From: Cellulomonadaceae bacterium
GTDB taxonomy: Bacteria > Actinomycetota > Actinomycetes > Actinomycetales > Microbacteriaceae
Length of the DNA stretch: 63,155 nt
Assembly (NCBI GenBank): GCA_038106075.1
Contig: JAYODB010000001.1
Location: 1-63,155, forward strand
Reading direction: 5' to 3'
The notes under the pieces are model-generated. The model had not been told where the DNA came from and made no database searches. It saw only the letters and a program-made list of their open reading frames with translations. Below, in pieces: positions 38,999 through 49,404 of this stretch (within the stretch, counting starts at the first letter, position 1; each line of letters begins with the position of its first letter). The position numbers and the translations under genes are program-made.

Positions 38999-40825
38999 GT
39001 GCGTGAATCCATCGTCCCCGCAATAGTCCCTGCCGATCCGTCCGCTAACGCCACCGATCTGCTCCTTGACCGGCTTCGCGCGACCCCAGACCTTCCTCTC
39101 TTCGCGCTCCCTGATGGTTCTGGGGGGTGGAAAGACAAGAGCGTGAGGGAGTTTTATGACGAGGTCGTCGCATTGGCAAAAGGTCTCATGGCCGCAGGCA
39201 TTGCACCTGGTGACCGGATTGGCTTCATGTGCAAGACCCGCTATGAGTGGACCCTCGTGGACTTTGCCACCTGGTTTGCGGGTGCCCTGCTGGTCCCGAT
39301 CTATGAGACCAGTGCGCCCGCGCAGATTCAGTACACCCTCGATAATTCGGGTGCCACCTGGCTGATTGTCGAAACGGCTGAGCACTTCACCCGTTTCGAC
39401 GAGGTGCGAAGCGAGCTTCCCGGAATCAAAGAGGTCTGGAAAGTCGATTTGGGTGATCTCGAAAAGTTGGCGAAAGGCGGCAAAGGTGTATCCGACGCCG
39501 ACCTCGAAAAGAGGCGAAATGCCGCAACCGGGAAAGACATTGCCACGTTGATTTACACCTCGGGATCCACCGGAATGCCGAAAGGGTGTGTCCTCACCCA
39601 CTCGAACTTTGTCGAACTGGTGAGAAACGCCCAGGTGGCCATGAGTGACGTCGTGAACACGAAGTCCTCGACCCTACTGTTCATCACCACCGCGCACATT
39701 TTTGCCCGGTACATCTCTGTCCTGGCCGTGTCCGGCGGGGTGAAGATTGGCCACCAGGCAGACACCAAGCAACTCCTGCCCTCCCTGGGTTCGTTCAAAC
39801 CCACCTTCCTTCTCGCGGTGCCGAGGGTGTTCGAAAAGGTCTACAACTCGGCTGAACAGAAAGCCGAGTCGGGTGGCAAGGGAGCAATTTTCCGCAAGGC
39901 GGCCGACACCGCGGTGGCCTATTCCAAGGCGTTAGACGCGGGCCACGTGCCACTTGCCCTCAAGGTCCAATTCGCTCTCTTTGACCGGCTGGTCTTGAGC
40001 AAACTGAGAGCGGCGATGGGTGGGCGGGTCGAATACGCGGTGAGTGGTTCCGCTCCGCTGAGCACCCGGCTCGGCCATTTCTACCGTTCGATGGGCATTC
40101 GAATCCTCGAGGGATACGGCCTGACCGAAACCACCGCTCCGGCCACCATTAACCTCACCACCAAGTTCAAGATTGGTTCGGTGGGGCCCGCTTTGCCCGG
40201 GGTGGGAATTCGTATCGCCGACGATGGCGAAGTTCAGGTGAGCGGTATCAACGTCTTCGACGGCTACTGGAACAACAAGGAAGCCACCGAAGCGACCTTC
40301 ACCAAAGACGGCTGGTTTAAAACCGGAGACCTCGGTGCTATCGATGACGAGGGTTACCTCAGCATTATTGGCCGACAGAAAGAAATCATCGTCACCGCGG
40401 GCGGCAAGAATGTGGCACCCGCGCAGTTGGAAGATCCCATCCGGGCCAACCCGATCATCTCTCAGGTGGTTGTCGCGGGCGATCAAAAACCCTTCGTCTC
40501 GGCACTCATCACCCTCGATGCCGAAATGCTTCCCACCTGGCTCGCCAATAACGGTGTCGAGGACGCCCTCTCCCTGTCTGACGCTGCCCGCCACCCCGTG
40601 GTGTTGGACGAAGTTCAGCGAGCCGTCGATGCCGCCAACGAGAGGGTCTCTCGGGCGGAGTCAATCAGAAAGTTCCACATTCTTCCGGTCGAGCTCACCG
40701 AAGCAACGGGTCACCTCACGCCAAAGATGAGTATCAAGCGGGCGGTTATTCTGAGGGACTTCTCGGCTGAAATCGAGGCGCTTTACGCCGACGCGGCGAC
40801 CGCCCCGGCGGCGACCGAAAGCTAG
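38999..40825 (+). CDS. Long-chain fatty acid--CoA ligase (AMP-dependent synthetase)
   Basis: YTSGSTGMPKG, EGYGLTET, WFKTGDLG and TAGGKNVAP. GTG 38999 has an AAGGAG RBS. Confidence 0.93.
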   Translation: MRESIVPAIVPADPSANATDLLLDRLRATPDLPLFALPDGSGGWKDKSVREFYDEVVALAKGLMAAGIAPGDRIGFMCKTRYEWTLVDFATWFAGALLVPIYETSAPAQIQYTLDNSGATWLIVETAEHFTRFDEVRSELPGIKEVWKVDLGDLEKLAKGGKGVSDADLEKRRNAATGKDIATLIYTSGSTGMPKGCVLTHSNFVELVRNAQVAMSDVVNTKSSTLLFITTAHIFARYISVLAVSGGVKIGHQADTKQLLPSLGSFKPTFLLAVPRVFEKVYNSAEQKAESGGKGAIFRKAADTAVAYSKALDAGHVPLALKVQFALFDRLVLSKLRAAMGGRVEYAVSGSAPLSTRLGHFYRSMGIRILEGYGLTETTAPATINLTTKFKIGSVGPALPGVGIRIADDGEVQVSGINVFDGYWNNKEATEATFTKDGWFKTGDLGAIDDEGYLSIIGRQKEIIVTAGGKNVAPAQLEDPIRANPIISQVVVAGDQKPFVSALITLDAEMLPTWLANNGVEDALSLSDAARHPVVLDEVQRAVDAANERVSRAESIRKFHILPVELTEATGHLTPKMSIKRAVILRDFSAEIEALYADAATAPAATES

Positions 40826-41326
40826 TCAGCTGCGGGCAAACCACTCCGATTCACGAATCGCCGCCATTGCCTCACGTTTCACCTCGGGTTCGAGGCCTTC
40901 GATGTAGAGGTGGCCGTCGAGATGGTCGCATTCGTGCTGAAGCGCCTGAGCCAATAACCCTTCGCCACTGAGCGTGATGGCACTGCCATCGAGGAGAACC
41001 CCACTGACAGTTGCCTTCGGGTATCGCCGGCGGGGGTAGCTCAACCCGGGTACCGACAAGCATCCCTCGTCGACGAGCTCCGGCTCCCCTTCAACAGACT
41101 CCAGCACCGGGTTCAACACGTACCCCACGTCTCCGTCGACGTTGTAGCTGAACGCACGCAGTCCCACACCGATTTGGTTGGCCGCCACCCCTGCTCGGCC
41201 TGGCTCTTTGACGGTGTCAATGAGGTCCGCCACGAGAATCTTGGCCGTTTCGCTCGAAGGGTCGACGACATCGCATGAACTGCGCAAAATGGGGTCTCCG
41301 AAGTAACGGATATCTCGAACCGCCAC
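40826..41326 (-). CDS. def: Peptide deformylase
   Basis: GVAANQIG, EGCLS and QHECDHLDG. Confidence 0.95.
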   Translation of the reverse strand: MAVRDIRYFGDPILRSSCDVVDPSSETAKILVADLIDTVKEPGRAGVAANQIGVGLRAFSYNVDGDVGYVLNPVLESVEGEPELVDEGCLSVPGLSYPRRRYPKATVSGVLLDGSAITLSGEGLLAQALQHECDHLDGHLYIEGLEPEVKREAMAAIRESEWFARS

Positions 41327-41329
41327 GGC

Positions 41330-42484
41330 CTAGTCCCCTTCGGTGTGGGCAATCCCCTCCACAACGAGGGCCGCAAGTTCGCGAACCGACTCTCTCGTGA
41401 GCGGACTGAGTTTGTGCCACTCAATCACTGAACCGGCGGCGAGGAGCGGGTCGTATGGGATTCTGACGACGTCTCGCACCCGTGAGAGGAAATGCTCCTC
41501 GATTTCATCGAGCTTGATCACATTGGTGCCCTGGGTGGCTGTGTTGAGTGCCACCACGGCGTTCTTGGACAGGTCACCCCAACCATTCGCCTCAAGCCAG
41601 GTGAGCGTCTCTGAGGCCAATCGGGCCTCGTCGATACTTCCACCGGAGACGATGACCAACCCGTTGGCTCGCTCGAGTGTGGGTTTCATGACCGAGTGCA
41701 CCACGCCGGTACCGCAGTCAGTGAGCACGATGGAATAGAACCGCGCTGCCTGGTCAGCGACCACGTTGTAGTCGTCTTCATCGAAGGCTTCAGACAGTAG
41801 GGGGTCGGTGTCAGACGCCAGCACGTGAAGGCGAGTCCTGTCTTTGGATACGAGCTCGACGAAGTCGGTGAAGCCGTGGATTCCTGCGGCGAGCTTCACT
41901 ACGTCCCGCACCGTGGCCTGACTGGAGCGGGGAACGCGCTCGGCAAGAGTTCCACGGTCGGGGTTGGCATCCATGGCAACCACGCGATCGTCACGCACCT
42001 CCGCGAGAGCCATTCCCAACAGAGTGGTCACCGTGGTCTTGCCCACACCACCTTTTCGGGTCAGGACGGGCACAAAACGCGCTCCGCTCTCAAACGGAGT
42101 GGCGATCCTCCGGCTGACCGCCTTATAGGCCCGAACCTTCCTCGAGTCACCCACGTTGATGAGATGGAACGACAGTTCATACAGCAACCTTTGGAGGAAG
42201 CCTTGGGGAACGTCTGCTGTTTTTTTCTTGTCCAGCAAACGGTCCTCGGTGAGCATCGCGCTCGGCTCGGGCGCCTCGCTCACTCCGTCACTGCGACGCT
42301 GGTAGAGCGCATCCGAGGAGACGGCAACCGAGACGCTCTGAATGTCTTCGTTCTCGATCGCAGTCGGGTCAACCGCCTCGTCGTGAAGGTCGGCTGACTT
42401 CTCTGGGGCGTGCTCGTCAATCACTTCGTCAACGCCCTCAGGTTGTTCTTCGGGCGGTGAGGACTTTGCTGACGAACGGGCCAT
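41330..42484 (-). CDS. MinD/ParA-like ATPase with acidic N-terminal extension
   Basis: Deviant Walker A RKGGVGKTT, DANPDRGTL, TDCGTG and IPYDPLLAAG. Confidence 0.88.
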   Translation of the reverse strand: MARSSAKSSPPEEQPEGVDEVIDEHAPEKSADLHDEAVDPTAIENEDIQSVSVAVSSDALYQRRSDGVSEAPEPSAMLTEDRLLDKKKTADVPQGFLQRLLYELSFHLINVGDSRKVRAYKAVSRRIATPFESGARFVPVLTRKGGVGKTTVTTLLGMALAEVRDDRVVAMDANPDRGTLAERVPRSSQATVRDVVKLAAGIHGFTDFVELVSKDRTRLHVLASDTDPLLSEAFDEDDYNVVADQAARFYSIVLTDCGTGVVHSVMKPTLERANGLVIVSGGSIDEARLASETLTWLEANGWGDLSKNAVVALNTATQGTNVIKLDEIEEHFLSRVRDVVRIPYDPLLAAGSVIEWHKLSPLTRESVRELAALVVEGIAHTEGD

Positions 42485-42560
42485 TGCTGAGAACTCCAAC
42501 TCATAGGGAAATACTAAACGTGATTTAGCATCTGCGACGGCGCGCAGCGGCTAAGAGAGA

Positions 42561-45500
42561 CTATCCGGTAGCGGAGATCACCACCAACAGGTCTCCAGCC
42601 TCAACGGCCTGTGTGGTCGCTGTCGCGAGCCGCTCCACAACACCGGACTGGGTCGCCGTGATGGCGGCCTCCATCTTCATCGCCTCGATGGTCGCCACGA
42701 CATCACCTTCAGCCACCGCGTCACCCGGTTGAACTTTCAGAGTCGTGACCCCAGCAAAGGGCGCCTGCACGTGTCCCGGGTTGTTCGGGTCGGCCTTCTC
42801 GGCGGTCGGAATATCGACACTGACGCTGCGGTCGGGAACGGTAAGCGGCCTCGTTTGGCCATTCATGCTCGCGAGCACCGTCCGCATTCCGTGGTCATCC
42901 ACGTCACTAATGGCTTCCAACTCGACGTAGAGGTCCACGCCCGGTTCAACCGAAATGATGGTTTCCTCGCCCACCCGCAATCCGTAGAGGTAGTCGACGG
43001 TGTCGATGACCGACAGGTCACCGTATTGTTCGCGATTGGCCAGAAACTCTCGCGTAGGACCGGGGAAGAGCAGCTCATTCAGCACGGCTCGACGCGCTTC
43101 TCCGGGCTGTTCCAGCTGGGTCTTCTGCTCTTCGGTGAGCTCAGTGGGCGCCGGAGGTGTTGGACGGCCCGCGGTGATCTTCGAGCGGAACGGCTCGGGC
43201 CAGCCCCCTGGAGGATCGCCGAGCTCACCCGCCATGAATCCAATGACCGAATCGGGAATGTCGTAGCGGTCGGGGTGGGCTTCAAAATCGGCAGGGTCGA
43301 CACCCGCAGCGGCCATCTGAAGCGCCAAGTCCCCCACCACCTTGCTCGAGGGGGTGACTTTTGTGGGACGGCCCAAAATCCGATTCGCTTCGGCGTACCA
43401 GTCTTCGATTGCCTCGAAGCGGTCGGCGAGTCCCAGTGCGATTGCCTGCTGTCTGAGGTTCGACAATTGGCCACCGGGAATCTCGTGGTGATACACGCGG
43501 CCCGTGGGCGAGGGAAGCCCGGATTCGAAGGGGCGATACACCTGTCGAACCGCCTCGAAGTAGGGCTCGAGCGACCCCACCGCGTCAAGTGACAAACCGG
43601 AGTCTCGCTCGGTGTGCTCGAGAGCCGCGACGAGCGCCGAGAGGGAAGGCTGGCTGGTCGTTCCTGAGAACGGAGCCGAGGCGGCGTCCACCGCGTCGAC
43701 TCCGGCTCGCGAGGCCGCCAAGAGGGTCGCGAGTTGTCCCCCTGCCGTGTCGTGGGTGTGGAGGTGAACGGGTTGATCGAATCGTTCCCGAAGTGCCCCC
43801 ACTAACTTCTCAGCCGCTTCTGCCCGCAACAGTCCCGCCATGTCTTTGATGGCAATGATGTGGGCTCCCGCATTGACGACCTCTTCGGCCATCCCGAGGT
43901 AGTAGTCGAGCGTGTACAGGTCTTCGGCGGGGTCAAGCAGGTTGCCGCTGTAGCACAGGGCGACTTCGGCAATCGCCTGATCGGTTGCGAGCACAGCATC
44001 GATCGCTGGGCGCATTTGGTCGACATTGTTGAGTGCGTCGAAGATGCGGAATATGTCGACGCCGTGCTGTGCGGCCTCCTCGACAAACGCGTCAGTCACT
44101 TGGGTGGGATAGGGCGTATAGCCAACGGTATTGCGGCCTCGCAACAACATTTGGATGGCGATATTCGGCAATGCTTCCCGCATCCGAGCTAATCGCTCCC
44201 ACGGATCCTCGGAGAGGAACCTCAGCGCGACGTCGTAGGTGGCGCCACCCCAGGCTTCGACTGAGAAGAGCTGCGGCGTCAACCTCGCCACAGCAGGCAT
44301 GACATCAATCAAGTCTTTGCTGCGCACCCTGGTCGCAAGAAGGGACTGGTGAGCGTCGCGATAGCTCGTATCCGTAATGGCGAGTGCTTTCTGTTCTCTC
44401 AACGAGCGCGCAAACTCAGCAGGCCCCAGTTCCAGAAGCCTCTGTCGGGAACCCTGCGGTGGGGCAACATCGACATCGATCGCCGGGAGCTTTGTCCATG
44501 GGCGAACCAGCCCGGCCCCGTCACCGTGGGGCTGGTTCACGGTGACATCAGCGAGCCAAGTCAAAAGTTTTGTGCCACGGTCCTTACTCGGACGGTTGGC
44601 AATCAGCTCCGGACGTTCATCGATGAAAGACGTCGAGACGTCACCGGCGAGGAACGCGTCGTCAGCGAGGACGGCCTGAAGGAACTGAATGTTGGTGTGG
44701 ACACCGCGAATTCGGAACTCAGCCAAGCCCCGACGAGCGCGGCCCACAGCCTGGGAAAAATCGCGTCCCCGGGTGGTCATCTTGGCGAGCATCGAGTCGA
44801 AGTAGGGCGAGACTTGAGCTCCCTGGTTGACGGTTCCACCGTCCAGCCGAACACCGGCACCGCCGGGCGATCGGTAGGTGGTGATTTTTCCGGTGTCCGG
44901 CCTGAAGTCTTGGGTGGGGTCCTCGGTCGTGATCCGACACTGAAGGGCGGCCCCCCGCACCTGAATGTTGTCTTGGGCCAGACCCAAATCGGCGAGGGTG
45001 GAGCCAGAAGCAATCAGCATCTGTGACTGGACGAGGTCGACGTCCGTGATTTCTTCGGTCACCGTGTGCTCGACCTGGATACGAGGGTTCATTTCAATGA
45101 AGACGTGTTCTCCCGCTCTCGGCCCCGCCGTATCCAACAAGAACTCGACAGTTCCGGCGTTGACGTATCCCACCGACTTTGCGAAGGCGACCGCGTCTGC
45201 GAGCATTTTCTCCCGCACCTCGGAGTCGAGGTTTTGAGCCGGGGCGATTTCTATCACTTTTTGGTGTCGACGCTGCAGCGAGCAGTCGCGCTCAAACAGG
45301 TGAATCGTGTCGCCGGTCGCGTCGGCGAGAATCTGAACTTCAATGTGGCGGGGGCGCACGACGGCCTGCTCGATAAACATTCGGTCGTCGCCGAAGGCAC
45401 TGGCAGCCTCCCTCATCGCCGCTTCGAGAGCAGGGCGAAGATCTTCGCGCTTCTCTACCCGGCGCATACCGCGCCCACCACCGCCGGCGACTGCCTTGGC

Positions 45501-45968
45501 AAACACCGGATAGCCGATGTCATCGGCGAAGGCAATGAGAGTGTCGATGTCGGTGGTGGCCTCGCTCGACGCCAACACGGGAACACCGGCTTTCCGGGCC
45601 GTGTCTTTCGCGGTGACCTTATTGCCGGCAAACTCTAGTGCGGAGACGGGAGGGCCAATGAAAGTGAGCCCGTTCTCAGCGGCTTTTCTGGCGAGTTCGG
45701 CGTTTTCGCTGAGGAAGCCGTAGCCCGGGTAAATCGCGTCAGCTCCCGCATGGAGAGCCACACGAATGATTTCGTCGACGTCGAGGTAGGCGCGAAGGGG
45801 ATGCCCCTTTTCACCAATGAGATACGCCTCATCGGCCTTCATTCGGTGCAATGAGTTGCGGTCTTCGTGCGGATAGACGGCAACAGTTTTTGCGCCGAGT
45901 TCGAACGCCGCGCGAAAGGCCCGAATGGCGATTTCCCCGCGGTTCGCAACCAGAATTTTGGAAAACAC
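42561..45968 (-). CDS. pyc: Pyruvate carboxylase
   Basis: KILVANRGEIA, EMNPRIQVEH, RDAHQSL, HLHTHDT and biotinylation motif EAMKME. GTG start at 45968. Confidence 0.97.
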   Translation of the reverse strand: MFSKILVANRGEIAIRAFRAAFELGAKTVAVYPHEDRNSLHRMKADEAYLIGEKGHPLRAYLDVDEIIRVALHAGADAIYPGYGFLSENAELARKAAENGLTFIGPPVSALEFAGNKVTAKDTARKAGVPVLASSEATTDIDTLIAFADDIGYPVFAKAVAGGGGRGMRRVEKREDLRPALEAAMREAASAFGDDRMFIEQAVVRPRHIEVQILADATGDTIHLFERDCSLQRRHQKVIEIAPAQNLDSEVREKMLADAVAFAKSVGYVNAGTVEFLLDTAGPRAGEHVFIEMNPRIQVEHTVTEEITDVDLVQSQMLIASGSTLADLGLAQDNIQVRGAALQCRITTEDPTQDFRPDTGKITTYRSPGGAGVRLDGGTVNQGAQVSPYFDSMLAKMTTRGRDFSQAVGRARRGLAEFRIRGVHTNIQFLQAVLADDAFLAGDVSTSFIDERPELIANRPSKDRGTKLLTWLADVTVNQPHGDGAGLVRPWTKLPAIDVDVAPPQGSRQRLLELGPAEFARSLREQKALAITDTSYRDAHQSLLATRVRSKDLIDVMPAVARLTPQLFSVEAWGGATYDVALRFLSEDPWERLARMREALPNIAIQMLLRGRNTVGYTPYPTQVTDAFVEEAAQHGVDIFRIFDALNNVDQMRPAIDAVLATDQAIAEVALCYSGNLLDPAEDLYTLDYYLGMAEEVVNAGAHIIAIKDMAGLLRAEAAEKLVGALRERFDQPVHLHTHDTAGGQLATLLAASRAGVDAVDAASAPFSGTTSQPSLSALVAALEHTERDSGLSLDAVGSLEPYFEAVRQVYRPFESGLPSPTGRVYHHEIPGGQLSNLRQQAIALGLADRFEAIEDWYAEANRILGRPTKVTPSSKVVGDLALQMAAAGVDPADFEAHPDRYDIPDSVIGFMAGELGDPPGGWPEPFRSKITAGRPTPPAPTELTEEQKTQLEQPGEARRAVLNELLFPGPTREFLANREQYGDLSVIDTVDYLYGLRVGEETIISVEPGVDLYVELEAISDVDDHGMRTVLASMNGQTRPLTVPDRSVSVDIPTAEKADPNNPGHVQAPFAGVTTLKVQPGDAVAEGDVVATIEAMKMEAAITATQSGVVERLATATTQAVEAGDLLVVISATG

Positions 45969-46043
45969 GAAAAAGCCCCTCCACTGCTTTTCGATTTCCC
46001 TGGCTCCCCGTGCCAGGTCAAGTCCTTCTAGCCTAGTGAGGTT

Positions 46044-46847
46044 ATGCTTGACCAAATGCGCGTGGTGAGTGTCAGTTCGCTCAAGGGCGGCGTCGGAAAG
46101 ACGACGGTGACCCTTGGTTTAGCCTCCGCAGCCTTTGCCAAGGGCCTTCGCACCCTCGTGATCGACGTCGACCCACAGTCCGACGCCTCGACGGGTATGG
46201 ACGTGGCGGTGGGAAACCACCTCAGTCTTGCCCACGTGCTGCAGAATTCACGCCCCCAGCAGGTCCGGCAGGCGATTGTGCCAAGCGGGTGGGCCAAGAA
46301 CCATGCGGGAAAGATCGACCTTCTCCTCGGCTCTCCGGCGTCGATGCAGTTTGATACTCCATTGCTCACGAAGCGCGAGATATGGCGGATCGAAGAGGCC
46401 CTCGCCGCTGTCGAATCGGAATACGACATTGTGCTCATTGACTGCCCCCCGTCACTCAACGGCTTGACCCGAATGGCCTGGACGGCGAGCGACGGTGTCG
46501 TCGTCATCACCGAACCCAGCCTGTTCTCCGTCGCGGCCACCCAGCGAGCTTTTCGGGCCGTGGAAGAGTTGCGGCGCGTGGTCTCTCCTCGGCTTCAACC
46601 GCTGGGCGTGATTGTCAATCGAGTTCGCCCTCAATCGGTGGAACACCAGTTCCGAATTGACGAGATGCGGGAAATGTTTGGTTCTGCGGTCTTGGAGCCG
46701 GCGATGACGGAGCGGGTTGTGCTTCAACAGGCTCAGGGATCAGCAACGCCGATTCACCTGTGGCCGGGCGAGAGCGCCGAAGAGGCCGCAAAAACCTTCA
46801 ACGCGCTGCTCCAGCGCATTCAGTCGGATTTGACGGCTGCGGCTTAG
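46044..46847 (+). CDS. ParA/Soj family ATPase
   Basis: SLKGGVGKTT, IDVDPQ and LIDCPPSL. Confidence 0.9.
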   Translation: MLDQMRVVSVSSLKGGVGKTTVTLGLASAAFAKGLRTLVIDVDPQSDASTGMDVAVGNHLSLAHVLQNSRPQQVRQAIVPSGWAKNHAGKIDLLLGSPASMQFDTPLLTKREIWRIEEALAAVESEYDIVLIDCPPSLNGLTRMAWTASDGVVVITEPSLFSVAATQRAFRAVEELRRVVSPRLQPLGVIVNRVRPQSVEHQFRIDEMREMFGSAVLEPAMTERVVLQQAQGSATPIHLWPGESAEEAAKTFNALLQRIQSDLTAAA

Positions 46848-47392
46848 CTGGCGCGCTGGCTGCGGCGTGCGGCGAGTTCGTCGCGCGGATCAGCGGTGGC
46901 GTCAACGGTTTCGGCAGACACCAGCGTTGACTCCACTTCACGAAGAACTTTGCCCACGGCAATTCCAAACACGCCCTGGCCTCGTGAGACCAAGTCGATG
47001 ACTTCGTCGTTTGAGGTGCAGAGGTAGACACTCGCTCCGTCACTCATCAGCGTGGTCTGGGCGAGGTCATTGACGCCGCTCGAGCGCAGCTGTTCGACGG
47101 CAACACGAATCTGCTGCAGTGAAATTCCGGTGTCCAGCAGTCGCTTCACGAGCTTGAGCACGAGGATGTCGCGGAACCCATAGAGACGCTGGCTTCCCGA
47201 GCCTGAGGCGGTGCGCACGGTGGGCTCAACGAGGCCCGTTCGTGCCCAGTAGTCGAGCTGACGGTAGCTGATTCCGGCGGCACCAGCGGCAACGTGGCCA
47301 CGGTAGCCGTGTTCATCGTCGAGTTCGGGCAGGCCATCCGTGAACAGCAATTCCCCGGGGTACTCCCCCGAACTCATCCGTGTTTCATCCAT
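46844..47392 (-). CDS. MerR family transcriptional regulator (Rv1830-like)
   Basis: AGISYRQLDYWARTGLVEP...GSGSQRLY...LLDTGISLQQIR...GQGVFGIAVG. Start uncertain (47392 or 47377). Confidence 0.92.
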   Translation of the reverse strand: MDETRMSSGEYPGELLFTDGLPELDDEHGYRGHVAAGAAGISYRQLDYWARTGLVEPTVRTASGSGSQRLYGFRDILVLKLVKRLLDTGISLQQIRVAVEQLRSSGVNDLAQTTLMSDGASVYLCTSNDEVIDLVSRGQGVFGIAVGKVLREVESTLVSAETVDATADPRDELAARRSQRAS

Positions 47393-47400
47393 CGAAACCC

Positions 47401-47425
47401 AACCTTCATCTTCTAGTTGATGGTT
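47401..47425. promoter_or_regulatory. Imperfect palindrome upstream of the MerR gene, related to the ftsZ operator
   Basis: AACCTTCATCTTCTAGTTGATGGTT. 19 of 24 positions match 18160-18183 by manual alignment. Confidence 0.6.
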
Positions 47426-47491
47426 AAGCGTGCCCACCAACACTACTGGCCGACCAGCAGAAAACTGGATTGGCCCGAGAGAAGCCTTCTC

Positions 47492-47504
47492 GGGCGTGTC
47501 GCCG
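47492..47504 (-). promoter_or_regulatory. GACAC-containing box (candidate WhiA site) upstream of the MerR gene
   Basis: GGGCGTGTCGCCG, identical to 18253-18265. Confidence 0.5.
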
Positions 47505-47513
47505 AGACGACTG

Positions 47514-48215
47514 CTACGACTCTAGCCCGTCGAGGGCCTGTCGCATAAGGGCCTGTCGCAATACCCCCACGACATCCGCGAGCTCTCGCTGAGCCTCCGC
47601 TGCCGAGCGCTGCTGTTTGGGGTTTCCCTGACGCTGCGAACCCGCAGCGCGAACCACCAGATCAACTTCCCGCTCAACCTGCAACTTCAATCCGCGCAAG
47701 TGTCGGGGGGTGAGGCCAAACTGACCAGCGAGAACGAGCGTTTCCACAATGCGCACGTGGTGGTGATCGAATAACGTGCCAGCCGGAACGAGGCCCTGAC
47801 CAATCGCGTCGTCGACGAGTTCGACCGATGCTCCCGTTTTCGAACACAGCTCTTTCTTGTCGACCACTCCGGCGCGGCCGACAACGGCGGTCTGCACCAG
47901 CTTTGTCACCCCGGGCAATTCGGGCGAGAGCCCCGCGTCGACATCGTCGAGGTACTGCTTGATGACCTTGAGGGGAAGGTAGTGGTCGCGCTGAACTCCC
48001 AGAATGAATCGCAAGCGCTCAACATCGTTGGTGGAGTAGGTGCGATAGCCCGCCGGAGTCCTACCCGGTTTGATCAGTTCCCGGTCTTCGAGGAACCGCA
48101 GCTTCGAAGGCGAGAGTTCCGGAAATTCTGAGGTGAGGCGCTGCAACACCTGCCCAATCGAGAGCAAGCTCTGCCCAGTGCTGACGCGTGCACTGGCCGA
48201 ACGCGCGGCCGCCAC
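47514..48215 (-). CDS. ftsR: MerR family regulator FtsR (Rv1828-like)
   Basis: LSIGQVLQRLTSEFPELSPSKLRFLE...RTPAGYRTY...QRDHYLPLKVI. Directly downstream of the FHA gene. Confidence 0.85.
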   Translation of the reverse strand: MAAARSASARVSTGQSLLSIGQVLQRLTSEFPELSPSKLRFLEDRELIKPGRTPAGYRTYSTNDVERLRFILGVQRDHYLPLKVIKQYLDDVDAGLSPELPGVTKLVQTAVVGRAGVVDKKELCSKTGASVELVDDAIGQGLVPAGTLFDHHHVRIVETLVLAGQFGLTPRHLRGLKLQVEREVDLVVRAAGSQRQGNPKQQRSAAEAQRELADVVGVLRQALMRQALDGLES

Positions 48216-48674
48216 CTACGACCCTCGATTCGCGTTGTCTGCGGGCGAGGGATAGAACGTCATCCGGAACTTTCCGACCTGGACTTCGGCGCCCTCGTGA
48301 AGGAGGGCCTGGTCAATGAGAACGCCATCGAAATAGGTTCCGTTGAGAGAGCCGAGGTCGCGGACTTCAAAGGATGATCCGTGCCGAACGAACTCCGCGT
48401 GGCGTCGTGAGACCGTGACGTCATCGAGGAAGATATCCGCGTCAGGGTGGCGACCCGCCACGGTGCGGTCTTGGTCGAGTAAGAACCGAGCTCCTACCGC
48501 GGGCCCCCGACGAACGATGAGGAGACCGGAACCTTCCGGGAGGGCGTGAACAATTTCTTGCTCCTCTTGGCTCAACCCACCCTCGAGCCCCTGAAGCTGA
48601 TCTTTAAAGTCGGGACCGAAACGTTGGGTAGTTGAGGCGTCGGGAGTGTTCTCTCCGTTGAGCTCGTCCGACAT
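48216..48674 (-). CDS. garA: FHA-domain protein GarA/OdhI
   Basis: LPEGSGLLIVRRGP..GARFLLD...GRHPDADIFLDDVTVSRRHAEF...DLGSLNGTY. ATG 48674 overlaps the upstream TAA. Confidence 0.92.
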   Translation of the reverse strand: MSDELNGENTPDASTTQRFGPDFKDQLQGLEGGLSQEEQEIVHALPEGSGLLIVRRGPAVGARFLLDQDRTVAGRHPDADIFLDDVTVSRRHAEFVRHGSSFEVRDLGSLNGTYFDGVLIDQALLHEGAEVQVGKFRMTFYPSPADNANRGS

Positions 48675-49300
48675 TACAACCCCTCTTTCGTGGCACTTAG
48701 CGTAGCGGAATTGGAGGGGTGTGCTGAACCAGAATTTCTCGCGATGCGGAGGGCATCGAAGAGGTAAATGAAGCCCACCCACCAATACAAGACGGTGCCC
48801 GCGAGAGCCACCGCCCAGGCAAACGGAACCACAACAACCTCGATGGTTTCGACCAGTGCCGCGAGGAGAAACAGCGGCAATGACGCGAGCAGGGCGAAGG
48901 TCGCCCACTTCCCCATCCATTTCACCGGGAGCACACCCGCTCCGTAGCGGGAAAGAATGGCCGCGCCAATGCCGAGGAGCACGTCGCGCAAGACCACCAG
49001 AATCACGAGCCACAACGGCACCACCTCGCGCATGGCGAGGGCGACCACCACTGCGGCGATGAAAAGTCGATCGGCGAGTGGGTCGAGAAACATTCCCAGT
49101 CGAGAAATCTGGTTGAGCTTCCTCGCCACAAGCCCATCGACAAAATCGGTGGAGACGGCCACCACGAGGACGATAAACCCGGCCAGTTCGTGACCCTGCC
49201 AGACCAGCCACAGAAAGACCGGAATCGTGAGCAGTCGAGCAAAACTGATGATGTTGGGGATGGTGAAGATCCGATTCGATATCGGGACATCCTCAGCCAC
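48674..49300 (-). CDS. CDP-alcohol phosphatidyltransferase (PgsA2/cardiolipin synthase-like)
   Basis: TIPNIISFARL and DFVDGLVARKLNQISRLGMFLDPLAD signature. Confidence 0.92.
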   Translation of the reverse strand: MAEDVPISNRIFTIPNIISFARLLTIPVFLWLVWQGHELAGFIVLVVAVSTDFVDGLVARKLNQISRLGMFLDPLADRLFIAAVVVALAMREVVPLWLVILVVLRDVLLGIGAAILSRYGAGVLPVKWMGKWATFALLASLPLFLLAALVETIEVVVVPFAWAVALAGTVLYWWVGFIYLFDALRIARNSGSAHPSNSATLSATKEGL

Positions 49301-49404
49301 GTGCTCATCTTATTGCCCGCCCGATGCTTCTAATTGCCTGTGAAGACGTGGACACGCGCGTGTACTCACCGCAGCAGAGGCTAACCCTGTCTTACTCTGA
49401 TGAC

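Noticed and set aside
41330-46847. Two ParA/MinD-like ATPases, considered as a sign of an integrated plasmid
   Set aside because: Both flank pyc among housekeeping genes. There is no parB, rep, integrase or att-like repeat nearby.
48675-49211. Apparent 331-aa long-form GarA
   Set aside because: The upstream part is an Arg/Gly-rich off-frame read of the phosphatidyltransferase gene. The real ATG overlaps its stop.
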